Positions 1 to 13,830 are shown, counted from the stretch's first letter. The stretch: 64,000 nucleotides of DNA from Eledone cirrhosa (GCA_964016885.1 OZ024765.1:22258001-22322000); one strand, 5' to 3'. Numbers and translations: made by a program. Notes: generated from the sequence alone by a model not told the origin.

Positions 1-296
<296 letters not shown>

Positions 297-557
297 TTGC
301 ATTAAAGAAAGAACAGGAACATTCTCCGCCCACAAGGAGTGACCAAACCCTGTGGGAAAAACCAAGGAAGGACTTTCCCCCCACAAGGAGTGACCAAACC
401 CTGAAAGGACTCAGACGTGGATAAGTTGACAAATTAATTTCGAAGTATTTCCTGTCTTATTTATTTACAGGATATCAAAATATAATTTAAACTTTACGCT
501 TCGTATTTTACTATTTTATTTAAATTTTGTTTAACTTCCGCTGTCAGATAAACATGA

Positions 558-1410
558 GGGTGTGTGGGTGGTGTGGAGTGTGAGGGTGGTGGGGTGTGTG
601 TGGGTGGGGTGGAGTGTGTGGGTGGTGTGGAGTGTGTGGGTGGTGGGGTGTGTGTGGGTGGGGTGGAGTGTGTGGGTGGTGTGGAGTGTGTGGGTGGTGA
701 GGTGTGTGTATATATATATATATATATGTATGTGTGCATAGGTGTGTGTACATGAGTGTGTGTTTCATTGGTTGTATATATATATGTGTTTGATGGAGTG
801 TATATATGTATATTTGTGTGTATATATATATGTATGTGTTTGGTTGGGTGTAGATATATATGTGTTTGATGGAGTGTATATATGTATATTTGTCTGTATA
901 TATATAAATGTATGTGTTTCATTGGTTGTATATATATATGTGTTTGATGGAGTGTATATATGTATATTTGTCTGTATATATATAAATGTATGTGTTTCAT
1001 TGGTTGTATATATATATGTGTTTGATGGAGTGTATATATGTATATTTGTGTGTATATATATAAATGTATGTGGTTCATTGGTTGTATATATATATGTGTT
1101 TGATGGAGTGTATATATGTATATTTGTGTATATATATATGTATGTGTTTGATTGGGTGTAGATATATATGTGTTTGATGGAGTGTTTATATGTATATTTG
1201 TGTGTATATATATATGTATGTGGTTCATTGGTTGTATATATATATGTGTTTGATGGAGTGTATATATGTATATTTGTGTATATATATAAATGTATGTGTT
1301 TCATTGCTTGTATATATGTATATGTGTTAGATGGAGTGTATATATGTATATTTGTCTGTATATATATATATGTATGTGTTTGGTTGGGTGTAGATATATA
1401 TGTGTGTATA
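558..1410. repeat. GT-rich minisatellite followed by ~75-bp TA/TG-rich tandem repeats
   Basis: Repeated ggtggtgtggagtgtgtg, then units containing gtgtttgatggagtgtatatatgtatatttgtg. Confidence 0.85.
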
Positions 1411-1416
1411 TATATT

Positions 1417-4400
1417 TTTCTTCTTCTTCACCCACTTATTCCTGAGAGTGTTGTGGGAGGGGAAGAGTCCTCAAACATTCCCTCCACTGGGTCCTGTCAG
1501 AAGCAACTGTCCCCAACAGATCTGGCTGGATCCCCAAGCAAGACCAGCCAAGCTCATGGATGTTATCCAACCATCTTGCTCGGGGTCTACCCCTGGGTTT
1601 CCTGTCAGTTGGTTTTGCCTGTAAAATCTGTCCAGAGATTCTTCCTCAGACATTCTAACCACATGTCTGTAATATCAGAGCTGTGATCTCTCAATTCAGA
1701 GATTCTTTCCTCAGACATTCTAACCACATGTTTGTAATATCAGAGCTGTGGTCTCTCAATTCAGAGATTCTTTCCTCAGACATTCTAAACACATGTCTGT
1801 AGTATCAGAGCTGTGGTCTCTCAATTCAGAGATTCTTTCCTCAGACATTCTAACCACATGTCTGTAGTATCAGAGCTGTGATCTCTCAATTCAGAGATTC
1901 TTACCTGAGACATTCTAACCACATGTCTGTAGTATCAGAGCTGTGATCTCTCAATTCAGAGATTCTTACCTGAGACATTCTAACCACATGTCTGTAGTAT
2001 CAGAGCTGTGATCTCTCAATTCAGAGATTCTTACCTGAGACATTCTAACCACATGTCTGTAGTATCAGAGCTGTGATCTCTCAATTCAGAGATTCTTTCC
2101 TCAGACATTCTAACCACATGTCTGTAGTATCAGAGCTGTGACCTCTCAATTCAGAGATTCTTTCCTCAGACAATCTAACCACATGTCTGTAGTATCAGCT
2201 GTGATCTCTCAATTCAGAGATTCTTTCCTCAGACATTCTAACCACATGTCTGTAGTATCAGAGCTGTGATCTCTCAATTCAGAGATTCTTACCTGAGACA
2301 TTCTAACCACATGTCTGTAGTATCAGAGCTGTGATCTCTCAATTCAGAGATTCTTTCCTCAGACATTCTAAACACATGTCTGTAGTATCAGAGCTGTGAT
2401 CTCTCAATTCAGAGATTCTTTCCTCAGACAATCTAACCACATGTCTGTAGTATCAGCTGTGATCTCTCAATTCAGAGATTCTTTCCTCAGACGTTCTAAC
2501 CACATGTCTGTAGTATCAGAGCTGTGATCTCTCAATTCAGAGAATCTTTCCTCAGACATTCTAACCACATGTCTGTAGTATCAGAGCTGTGATCTCTCAA
2601 TTCAGAGATTCTTTCCTCAGACATTCTAACCACATGTCTGTAGTATCAGAGCTGTGATCTCTCAATTCAGAGATTCTTTCCTCAGACATTCTAACCACAT
2701 GTCTGTAGTATCTGAGCTGTGATCTCTCAATTCAGAGATTCTTTCCTCAGACATTCTAAACACATGTCTGTAGTATCAGAGCTGTGATCTCTCAATTCAG
2801 AGATTCTTTCCTCAGACATTCTAACCACATGTCTGTAGTATCAGAGCTGTGATCTCTCAATTCAGAGATTCTTTCCTCAGACATTCTAAACACATGTCTG
2901 TAGTATCAGAGCTGTGATCTCTCAATTCAGAGATTCTTTCCTCAGACATTCTAAACACATGTCTGTAGTATCAGAGCTGTGATCTCTCAATCCAGAGATT
3001 CTTTCCTCAGACATTCTAACCACATGTCTGTAGTATCAGAGCTGTGATCTCTCAATTCAGAGATTCTTTCCTCAGACATTCTAAACACATGTCTGTAGTA
3101 TCAGAGCTGTGATCTCTCAATTCAGAGATTCTCTCCTCAGACATTCTAACCACATGTCTGTAGTATCAGAGCTCTGATATCTCAATTCAGAGATTCTTTC
3201 CTGAGACATTCTAACCACATGTCTGTAGTATCAGAGCTGTGATCTCTCAATTCAGAGATTCTTTCCTGAGACATTCTAACCACATGTCTGTAGTATCAGA
3301 GCTGTGATCTCTCAATTCAGAGATTCTTTCCTGAGACATTCTAACCACATGTCTGTAGTATCAGAGCTGTGATCTCTCAATCCAGAGATTCTTTCCTCAG
3401 ACATTCTAACCACATGTCTGTAGTATCAGAGCTGTGATCTCTCAATCCAGAGATTCTTTCCTCAGACATTCTAACCACATGTCTGTAGTATCAGAGCTGT
3501 GATCTCTCAATCCAGAGATTCTTTCCTGAGATATTCTAACCACATGTCTGTAGTATCAGAGCTGTGATCTCTTAATCCAGAGATTCTTTCCTGAGACATT
3601 CTAACCACATGTCTGTAGTATCACAGCTATGATCTCTCAATCCAGAGATTCTTTCCTCAGACATTCTAACCACATGTCTGTAGTATCAGAGCTGTGATCT
3701 CTCAATTCTGAGATTCTTTCCTCAGACATTCTAAACACATGTCTGTAGTATCAGAGCTGTGATCTCTCAATTCAGAGAATCTTTCCTCAGACATTCTAAC
3801 CACATGTCTGTAGTATCAGAGCTGTGATCTCTCAATTCAGAGAATCTTTCCTCAGACATTCTAACCACATGTCTCTAGTATCAAAGCTGTGATCTCTCAA
3901 TTCAGAGATTCTTTCCTCAGACATTCTAACCACATGTCTGTAGTATCAGAGCTGTGCTCTCTCAATTCAGAGATTCTTTCCTCAGACATTCTAACCACAT
4001 GTCTGTAATATCAGAGCTGTGGTCTCTCAATTCAGAGAATCTTTCTTGAGACATTCTAACCACATGTCTGTAGTATCAGAGCTGTGATCTCTCAATTCAG
4101 AGATTCTTTCCTGAGACATTCTAACCACATGTCTGTAGTATCAGAGCTGTGATCTCTCAATTCAGAGATTCTTTCCTCAGACATTCTAACCACATGTCTG
4201 TAGTATCAGAGCTGTGATCTCTCAATCCAGAGATTCTTTCCTCAGACATTCTAACCACATGTCTGTAGTATCAGAGCTGTGATCTCTCAATCCAGAGATT
4301 CTTTCCTGAGATATTCTAACCACATGTCTGTAGTATCAGAGCTGTGATCTCTTAATCCAGAGATTCTTTCCTGAGACATTCTAACCACATGTCTGTAGTA

Positions 4401-5825
4401 TCACAGCTATGATCTCTCAATCCAGAGATTCTTTCCTCAGACATTCTAACCACATGTCTGTAGTATCAGAGTTGTGATTTCTCAATTCTGAGATTCTTTC
4501 CTCAGACATTCTAAACACATGTCTGTAGTATCAGAGCTGTGATCTCTCAATTCAGAGAATCTTTCCTCAGACATTCTAACCACATGTCTGTAGTATCAGA
4601 GCTGTGATCTCTCAATTCAGAGATTCTTTCCTCAGACATTCTAACCACATGTCTGTAGTATCAGAGCTGTGATCTCTCAATTCAGAGAATCTTTCCTCAG
4701 ACATTCTAACCACATGTCTCTAGTATCAAAGCTGTGATCTCTCAATTCAGAGATTCTTTCCTCAGACATTCTAACCACATGTCTGTAGTATCAGAGCTGT
4801 GCTCTCTCAATTCAGAGATTCTTTCCTCAGACATTCTAACCACATGTCTGTAATATCAGAGCTGTGGTCTCTCAATTCAGAGAATCTTTCTTGAGACATT
4901 CTAACCACATGTCTGTAGTATCAGAGCTGTGATCTCTCAATTCAGAGATTCTTTCCTGAGACATTCTAACCACATGTCTGTAGTATCAGAGCTGTGATCT
5001 CTCAATTCAGAGATTCTTTCCTCAGACATTCTAACCACATGTCTGTAGTATCAGAGCTGTGATCTCTCAATTCAGAGATTCTTTCCTCAGATATTCTAAC
5101 CACATGTCTGTAGTATCAGAGCTGTGATCTCTCAATTCAGAGAATCTTTCTTGTAACATTCTAACCACATGTCTGTAGTATCAGAGCTGTGATCTCTCAA
5201 TTCAGAAATTTTTTCCTCAGACATTCCAACCAAATGTCTGTAGTATCAGAGCTGTGGTCTCTCAATTCAGAGATTCTTTCCTCAGACATTCTAACCACAC
5301 GTCTGTAGTATCAGAGCTGTGATCTCTCAATTCAGAGATTCTTTCCTCAGACATTCTAACCACATGTCTGTAGTATCAGAGCTGTGATCTCTCAATCCAG
5401 AGATTCTTTCCTCAGACATTCTAACCACATGTCTGTAGTATCAGAGCTGTGGTCTCTCAATTCAGAGATTCTTTCCTCAGACATTCTAACCACATGTCTG
5501 TAGTATCAGAGCTGTGATCTCTCAATTCAGAGATTCTTTCCTCAGACATTCTAACCACATGTCTGTAGTATCAGAGCTGTGATCTCTCAATTCAGAGAAG
5601 TAGCAGCTCTACCTGGAGTGACTCTCTGATCTACAAGCTAAACTCTCTATCGAGTAACAATACTCCAAAGACCCTTCAGATGAACCCCATTTCAGCTGCT
5701 TGTGTTCACGATCGTATTCTTTCAGTCATTACCCAAGATTCCTGCCCATAGCTAAAGGTTGGCACGAATACCAAACTGAAGATAGCAAGTTTGGCTTTTA
5801 TGTCTACACTCAGTTCCCAAATATT
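1417..5825 (-). mobile_element. Decayed RTE-type LINE 3' fragment, split by an internal 65-bp satellite
   Basis: Minus strand reads ...VFVPTFSYGQESWVMTERIRS*TQAAEMGF...IRESLQVELLLL*IERSQL*YYRHVVRMSEE... then ...QILQAKPTDRKPRGRPRARWLDNI...; (GAA)n-like tail near 1420. Confidence 0.85.
1633..5598. repeat. 65-bp tandem satellite, about 61 copies
   Basis: Unit cagagattctttcctcagacattctaaccacatgtctgtagtatcagagctgtgatctctcaatt; period 65 (gctgtgatct at 2521, 2586, 2651). Confidence 0.95.
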
Positions 5826-6183
5826 AGGGGGAGTTGGAATAAGCAGTTGGGGGTGGTGATTGGAAAATCAGTCATTTTTTCTAGGTTGTCACCGTTGAAC
5901 TTTACAAACCAGAATTTGTTGTTTAGTTTACATATTGAGACCTCCAACCCATCCTATTTTATAACATATGGGATTTCTAGTATTGTACTTCTTTTGTCAT
6001 ATATAATGTTTCTTTAATGTCTAAAGAAAATTATTCATCTCAGGAATGATACTAATTAAAATAGAATTTCGCTGGAGATAGATTAGTAAAATTTAATAAA
6101 CAGGGATGCGGGTGAAATAAAAGTGAGTGGGGGTGTTGGAAAAAATATCTGAAAAATTAATAAGAAGTTTAAACATTACCCCC

Positions 6184-6262
<79 letters not shown>

Positions 6263-6381
6263 ATATATATATATAGCAAAGAAATACCAATAAAGGCTGG
6301 AAGATCACTGATGAAGCACTAATTTTATTCATATGTAACCCATGTGCAACCACGCAGGACGCCATTTTTCATATATATATA

Positions 6382-6960
6382 TACTAGCTGATGTACCCAG
6401 CTTCGCCCAGGTAAACAGATAATAAGAGAAGACAGGTAAAAGAGAAAATGACTGTATTGGATGTTTGGTGACAGTATGAGGCGAGTCCGTGTGTCTGTGT
6501 GATACAGAAAACAGTAAAAAAAATCTTCCAGATATACCAGATTCTTCGTTGTACCGTTTGTGCATAGTATGTGAACATTTATAGGTGCTCCCACCTAGAA
6601 TAGTGACCTCTAGGAGATGGTTCATCTTCTGCCTGACTGTAAAACGTGTATCATTGCATAGACGTGGTTGTTCCACGTTTCTCAAAAGGATGATGGAAGT
6701 TCCAATCTTTTATATTATATGTAGATATAGATATAAATAATTAATATAACAGATGATGCTCAGCCAGTTCGTCTTCAACCATCGCAGCACGCCGTCACTG
6801 CTTGGCTCCAGTGTTTCGTTGGCGTTGTTCAGCCAGCCCCTCTTCATTCATGGCGGCACGCCTTCGCTTCTGAAGTTCGGCGTTCCCATGGCGCTGTTCG
6901 GCCCGTTTTTCTTCATTCCTGGCTGCACGCCGTCGCCGCTGTAGTTCAGTTTGATAAAGT
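6382..6960. mobile_element. Helentron/HINE (DINE-1-like) non-autonomous piece with adjacent R/E-rich Helitron-like coding repeat
   Basis: Starts tactagctgatgtacccagcttcgcccagg and ends ...ttttatattatatgtagat; minus-strand ORF with repeated LQRRRRAA.NEE..AEQR units. Confidence 0.5.
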
Positions 6961-7111
6961 CGAATTGCTTTTACTTTCTGTGGGACGCTGCACGCACGCA
7001 CACATAAACATACGCGCACGTACATACACACGTACACATGGTAATAGTTACAGCGTTCACTTTGCTACAACTCCACTATTCGGGAGCTTCCAACAGTAAT
7101 GGTTGCATTCT

Positions 7112-7345
7112 TTAAGGGTATGTCAATATTTATTTATAAAACTGATCTATATTATATTTTATCTGATGAAAGCACACCATAATTTAACTTGGTGTCCTTG
7201 AAATATATATAATGAAATAAATATGGTTTTATAAATATAGTTTCTATTTGTTAATATCGTATGTTTACTCCAAATACTTGTTGAGTGCTTTATATCAGTT
7301 ATAAAAATATTTGCTTGTTGTATCCCAACAATTTAAATAGAACTT
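7112..7345 (+). mobile_element. Solo pLTR of the Penelope-like family at 21-23.5 kb
   Basis: Aligns by eye with the reverse complement of 23240-23460 (gggtatgtcaatatttatttataaaac...gagtgctttatatcagttataaaa); further copies at about 8830-8930, 26862-27055 and 54870-55113. Confidence 0.85.
7155..7219 (+). ncRNA. Type I hammerhead ribozyme motif
   Basis: Stem I tattttat/atgaaata; CTGATGA; stem II aagcacacca/tggtgtcctt; GAAA; 2-bp stem III with ATAT loop; AUA triplet. Confidence 0.8.
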
Positions 7346-7346
7346 T

Positions 7347-7429
<83 letters not shown>

Positions 7430-7511
7430 ATAATAATAAAATTAAAGACTAAAATCCAAAGAGGGCTCGATAAGGAAAATATATATCAAATATATAAGAA
7501 CCGTAGAGCAA

Positions 7512-7653
7512 ATATTTATTAAAATAACAGATTAAAGTTTAAGCAAAGAATCGCTGCTTTCACCCTTAACGGGATCTTCTGATACTAGTATCAGAAGATC
7601 CTGTTAAGGGTGAAAGCAGCGATTCTTTGCTTAAACTTTAATCTGTTATTTTA

Positions 7654-7661
<8 letters not shown>
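7512..7661. repeat. Near-perfect palindrome, ~75-bp arms, no spacer (centre gatact|agtatc)
   Basis: Arms are reverse complements with one mismatch; single arms of the family also at about 13320-13390, 15250-15405 and 31330-31392. Confidence 0.9.
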
Positions 7662-7681
<20 letters not shown>

Positions 7682-7684
<3 letters not shown>

Positions 7685-7947
7685 AAGAAAAAGGGATGAA
7701 ATCGAAAATGCAACTGAAGTCTTATTTTAAAAAAAAATATATATATATTTATTTGGTTCCTTTACCGGTTTCGCAGTTCTTCTGCTTTTCAAAAGATGTG
7801 AGAAAAACCACAGACCCTCCATCTCAACTCACCTTTTGAAAAGCAGAAGAACTGCGAAACCGGTAAAGGAACCAAATAAATATATATATATTTTTAAAAA
7901 AAATAAGACTTCAGTTGCATTTTCGATTTCATCCCTTTTTCTTTATA
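7682..7947. repeat. Inverted repeat, ~112-bp arms, each carrying an HHR variant
   Basis: aaagaaaaagggatgaaatcgaaaatgcaactgaag... versus ...cttcagttgcattttcgatttcatccctttttcttt; ~37-nt spacer. Confidence 0.9.
7832..7869 (+). ncRNA. Minimal type I hammerhead, U3-A8 core variant
   Basis: cctt-TTGAAAA-gcag aagaa ctgc-GAAA-ccggta-aagg; mirror copy on the minus strand at about 7759-7795. Confidence 0.65.
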
Positions 7948-8003
7948 CTTCCACTCGTGTAGGACACCTCGGTTATTTTTCATTTTGTAAAAAAAACCTC
8001 ACA

Positions 8004-8069
<66 letters not shown>

Positions 8070-8083
8070 TATGTATATATATG

Positions 8084-8135
<52 letters not shown>

Positions 8136-8244
8136 GTATATGTGAGTAGTTAAACATGACATTCCTGAGTTTGTCTGACAATCTGTCTACAGTTGTTTAT
8201 TTACTAACGGAAATTGGAATTATCTTGTGTATACACTAATATAT

Positions 8245-8331
<87 letters not shown>

Positions 8332-8378
8332 CATATATATATATACATACATATATATATATACATATATATATATAC

Positions 8379-8413
<35 letters not shown>

Positions 8414-8482
8414 CATACAAATATATACATGTATATATATATACATATATATATATACATATATATATATACATATATATAT

Positions 8483-8533
<51 letters not shown>

Positions 8534-8544
8534 CATATATATAT

Positions 8545-8583
<39 letters not shown>

Positions 8584-8686
8584 GAAATGCTGGTGGCTTC
8601 TTGCTCACATTAATTTGTATATTTTCATTTATATATATATATATATATATATGGACACATATATACATACATATATATATATACAC

Positions 8687-8798
<112 letters not shown>

Positions 8799-8930
8799 AT
8801 ATGTGTATATATATATATATAATTATATATACGAAGGCATGCCATATTTTTAATATGGTGTCCCTGAAATATGTATAATGAAATAAATATGGTTTTATAA
8901 ATATAGTTTCCAATTGTTTAATATCGTATA

Positions 8931-8968
<38 letters not shown>

Positions 8969-9480
8969 TATATACATACATATATATATATATACATACA
9001 TATATATATATATATATATGTGTATATATAGATAATTATATATATATATATATATATGTATATGCACACATATATACATACATATGGTGGCTGCCAACTC
9101 GTTTTCGAGTACGGCCACTACTTTATATCCATTTAGGAGAACCCCCACCGATGCGCTGAACGAGTGTGACTTTTTAGTCCAGCCAGCGACTTGAAAACTC
9201 TGGTACAAACACTACACTTGTGACAATTATTGACACATAGTGCTGGGCCCATGGTACCATGTGACGACAAGTGCAGAGAGATCTCCAGATATAAAGCAAT
9301 GCCTGTGCCGTGAAGCTTTTATAGTGAGCAAAGGCACTGCACAAAGCCAGTCCCACTCTCTTAACCAAGATGATATTTACCAAAAAGAAGAACAAGTCAA
9401 CATCATATACATACATATATATATACATACATATATATATATATATGTGTATATATACATACATATATATATATGTATAT

Positions 9481-9904
9481 ATATAAGATCAAAAGATGGT
9501 TAAAGGAGTTCAATATATTTTATTATGCGCATTTCAAAAACAAACATCATCAAACAATAATATTTGTGTTTTCATCAAATAAAACAGGAGAACATGATAT
9601 GAAGGCTAAAAAAACACTTGTTGATAGTGCAGTTTTAAATCAACATATCATGTTGATTTAAAACTGCACTATCAACAAGTGTTTTTTTAGCCTTCATATC
9701 ATGTTCTCCTGTTTTATTTGATGAAAACACAAATATTATTGTTTGATGATGTTTGTTTTTGAAATGCGCATAATAAAATATATTGAACTCCTTTAACCAT
9801 CTTTTGATCTTATATTATGCATACTCCAGTCCCACAAACTGTAGAGTGCTTCTTATCCGATATCTGCATTGCTTTATTGTACTACAATAAAACTCACCTC
9901 CTAC
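9481..9904. mobile_element. Fold-back element: palindrome 9481-9815 (~166-bp arms) plus unique tail, HHR motif in each arm (C3 mutated to T)
   Basis: Centre caacat-atc-atgttg at 9648; same family as 50262-50683; flanked by (TA)n. Confidence 0.88.
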
Positions 9905-10255
9905 ATATATGTATATATATATATATGCCTATATATATTATTAGAAAGTGAGGTTTTTTTTACAAAATGAAAAATAACTGAGGTGTCCTATATGAGTGAA
10001 AGTATAAAGAAAAACAGATGAAATCGAAAATGCAACTGGAGTCTCATTTAAAAAAAAATATATACATATATAGATGTAGATAAATCTACCAAAAGTTTAC
10101 GGTAGTGTCCAATCCGTATGAAGAACTCAATGTAATCCGGATATCATGGAAAGAAGAGATGCAATGAAAAATCACTTTCGGTGAAAGATAAACGGAATAC
10201 AGAGTCAAGATAAAATATTAAAAAAATAATGAATAAAACAATCTATATATAGATG

Positions 10256-10313
<58 letters not shown>

Positions 10314-10362
10314 CATGTATATATATATATATATATAATTATTATTAGCAACAGTTGTAGTT

Positions 10363-10363
<1 letters not shown>

Positions 10364-10405
<42 letters not shown>

Positions 10406-10540
10406 CAGCAGCAGTAGTAGTAGTAGTAGTGGTAGCAGTAGTAATAGTGGTAGTAGTAGTATTAGTAGTAATAGTAATAGTGGTAGTAGTAGTAGTGGTA
10501 GTAGTGGTGGTAGTAGTAGTAGTAGTGGTAGTAGTAGTAA

Positions 10541-10581
<41 letters not shown>

Positions 10582-10582
10582 A

Positions 10583-10621
<39 letters not shown>

Positions 10622-10683
10622 TAGTAGTAGTAATAGTAGTAGTAGTAGTAGTAGTGGTAGTAGTAGTAGTGGTAGTAGTAGTG

Positions 10684-10714
<31 letters not shown>

Positions 10715-10767
10715 TAGTAGTGGTAGTAGTAGGGGTAGTAGTAGTAGTGGTAGTAGTAGTAGTAGTG

Positions 10768-10819
<52 letters not shown>

Positions 10820-10822
10820 TAA
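10364..10822. repeat. (AGT/GGT)n trinucleotide microsatellite
   Basis: Direct reading. Confidence 0.95.
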
Positions 10823-11117
10823 TACAGATTAAATGTTTAAGCAAAAAATTTCTGTTTTCATCCTGTCTGGATTCTGGTCTTGACTATATATATATAGTAT
10901 ATATATAGATATATTATGTATGTATATTATATATGTATGTATAAACCTGTGTGTGAGTGCATATATATATATATATATATATGCACTCACATATATATAT
11001 ATATATATATATATGTGTGTCCATGAAGTACATTCTTTTAAAGGTCACTGAAAGATCGCAATAAATTCTTGAATAATGGGAATTATTATTTCATCTAGAC
11101 TAATATATACATACATT

Positions 11118-11149
<32 letters not shown>

Positions 11150-11172
11150 CATAGATTTCTGTATATATTATG

Positions 11173-11211
<39 letters not shown>

Positions 11212-11440
11212 CTCTACTCTTTGTTGTTTTCCTGTCTCACTCGCTTTACGCGTTTTAATTGTCCTAATAACTTAATTTAGTTATTATTGCACCGACGTGA
11301 GGTATATGATTTTTAATGCAATGAAATATCTATGATCGTCGGCAAATCACTGATGAGGGACTTATTTTATTACATGTTATCCATGTGCTACCAGCAGTAT
11401 TTTTCTCCCCGTTTTATCATATATATATATATACATATAT

Positions 11441-12851
11441 ATCATCATCACCATTTTACGTCCGCTCTTCCCTGCTTGCAAGGGTAGGGTAGGACGGCTC
11501 TTATTCAGCACAGCATCTCTCCACTCGTCACGGTCCTTCGTTATCTCCACCGTGAGCTTCAACGATCTGATGTCTGTTCTCACCACCTCCGCCCATGTTT
11601 TTCGTGGTCTACCTCTACCACGTCTTCCTTCAACTGGCATTTCCTGGCACTTCTTCACCCATCGGTCATCCTCCATGCGCATCACATGTCCATACCACCT
11701 CAGTCTCCTCTCCAGTACACTACATTCTATCCCTCTCAGACACAGTTTCTCTCTCAACACATTCATGCTGGGTCGTTCACGCACATTTACACTGCACATC
11801 CAACGGAGCATGCTTGCCTCATTTCTCTCCAGCAGTCCCATATCCTCTGCAGTTGCTGCCCATGTCTCACTACCATGCAGCATCGCGCTCCTCACACAGG
11901 CATCATACAACCTGCCTTTCGTACGCTGGGAGAAACCCTTCTTCATCAGCAGAGGAAGCAGCTCCCTAAACTTCTTCCAACCCGTCCTTATTCTAGATAC
12001 TATGGCCTCGGAACACCCTCTTCGCATGCTAATCTGATCTCCTAAGTACCGGAAGCTATCCACCACTTCTATAGCACCCTCCTGCATTTGAAAAATGTGT
12101 CTATCAATGCGACTTCTACTGTCTAATTTCCCTGTACATATACTGCATACATATTTCTCCCTACCTGTTAGTTTGCCTGCTATCCTACTACATCTCTTGT
12201 GTACCCAGGATCTGCATTGTGTGCATTTTATAGAATTTATGTCAGTTCCTTTTCTGCATATCGAACATGGCCATTTCTCTGATGGAATGAGAGTTTTGTC
12301 CTCTTTTCTACTCATCAACACTTTTGTCTTAGCTAGGTTCACTCTCAGTCCTCTTGCTTCCAACTGCTGTTTCCATAGCCAGAATTTCATCTCTAGCTCC
12401 TCTACTGATTCTGCTATAAGAACCAGATCGTCAGCAGAGAGAAGTTCCCATGGACAGCTAGTCTTAAACTCCTCTGTTATGGCTTGGAGGACTATAATGA
12501 ACAAGAGCGGGCTGAGGACCGAACCTTGATGTACTCCTACTTGTATCTGGAATTCCTCACTAAACTCCATTCCTACCCTGACTTTACTGACAGTACCTCT
12601 GTATAAAGATTGCACTGTCCTCACAAGCCATTCCTCAACACCTAGTTTCCTTAGGGACCACCAGATGACAGATCGGGGTACCCTATCAAAGGCCTTCTCT
12701 AGGTCAACAAAGGCTAAGTATAGTGGCTTATCTTTCTCTAAGAACCTCTCTTGCAATTGTCTCACCAAGAAGAGGGCATCTGTTGTACTTTTCCCAGGTA
12801 CAAAACCAAACTGCATCTCATCTAGTTTAACCCTTTCTCTAATTAGTTGTG
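11441..12851 (-). mobile_element. 5'-truncated RTE-clade LINE: RT domain with internal Cys/His finger; open 479-aa frame
   Basis: QFGFVPGKSTTDA, AFVDLEKAFDRVP, GVHQGSVLSPLLF, SADD (for YADD), [27 protein letters not shown]; (ATG)n tail. Confidence 0.95.
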
Positions 12852-13260
12852 CTTCGTAAAGACCTGAAAATCAGCCTCTTCATTGCTACAGCGGAGTCTG
12901 TGCTGCTGTACGGGTCTGAGACTTGGACACTGACCAAGAAACCCACTCAGATAGTGGATGGGTGCTACACGAGAATGCTGAGGATGGCTCTGAACATTAA
13001 TCAGTATACACTGAGGATGAAGAACTCAGAGCTGTATGGGAGCCTCCCAAAAGTCAGCTCAAAAGTGACACAGAGGAGACTGAGGTTAGCTGGACATGCT
13101 CACCGACATCCAGAGTTGACATTGCACTCAGTGGTCCTGTGGGAGCCCCTACATGGACACACTAGAAGAGGGAGACCGAGGTTGACATATATTGATGCCC
13201 TAAAGACAGACACTGAGACTTATAGAGGAGCTGATGAAGAAACTTGCTGAGTCGAGAGAT
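12852..13260 (+). mobile_element. RTE-like LINE 3' fragment from a different family
   Basis: ESVLLYGSETWTLTK...YTRMLRMALNI...RRLRLAGHAHRH...LWEPLHG...RGRPRLTYID. Confidence 0.88.
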
Positions 13261-13775
13261 GTTGTGCTGAGAAGAACCTGTCCAAACTGTGATGAAGACA
13301 CCTGTCAAAAGATCGAATTAAAGGTGAAAATAGCGATTCTTTGTTTAAACTTTAATCTGTTCTTATAATAAATATTTGCTCTACGGAGATTTTATTTTTA
13401 GTCCTTCTAAAGTACATTTGGGTAAAATCCTAGAAAATAGAGGAATATTTACAATGATACATGGGTGTGGTGTGGTATAGGGCAGGGTCCTGGGGGTGGG
13501 GTGAGTTTAAAACACAAGCAGTCCAGTAGGACTAATGTTATGTATAAACACATGTTCAATTAGCTTCCTATTTATCAATTATCATCATCATCAACATCGT
13601 TATCATCACCAAAGCCACCACCATCATCATAATCACCACCACCACCACCACCATCATCATAATCACCACCACCATCATCATAATCATCACTACCATCATC
13701 ATCATAATCATCACCAACACCACCACCTCTACCACTACAAAGAAAATCTTGTATGTAACGCCTCTAATTTGTTCC

Positions 13776-13830
<55 letters not shown>

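Noticed and set aside
1633-5598. Regular repeat arrays (65, 115, 17, 30, 55/60 bp) as possible CRISPR arrays
   Set aside because: Head-to-tail units with no unique spacers, no cas genes, and a eukaryotic context.
7038-7125. Alternative signal-peptide exon MVIVTAFTLLQLHYSGAS...
   Set aside because: In-frame TAA before any suitable phase-1 donor; 18589-18643 fits much better.
7590-7625. HHR in the 7512-7661 palindrome family (cagaaga-tcctgttaagggt-gaaa-gcagc)
   Set aside because: The core reads CAGAAGA in both copies seen, and no convincing stem I or NUH site was found.
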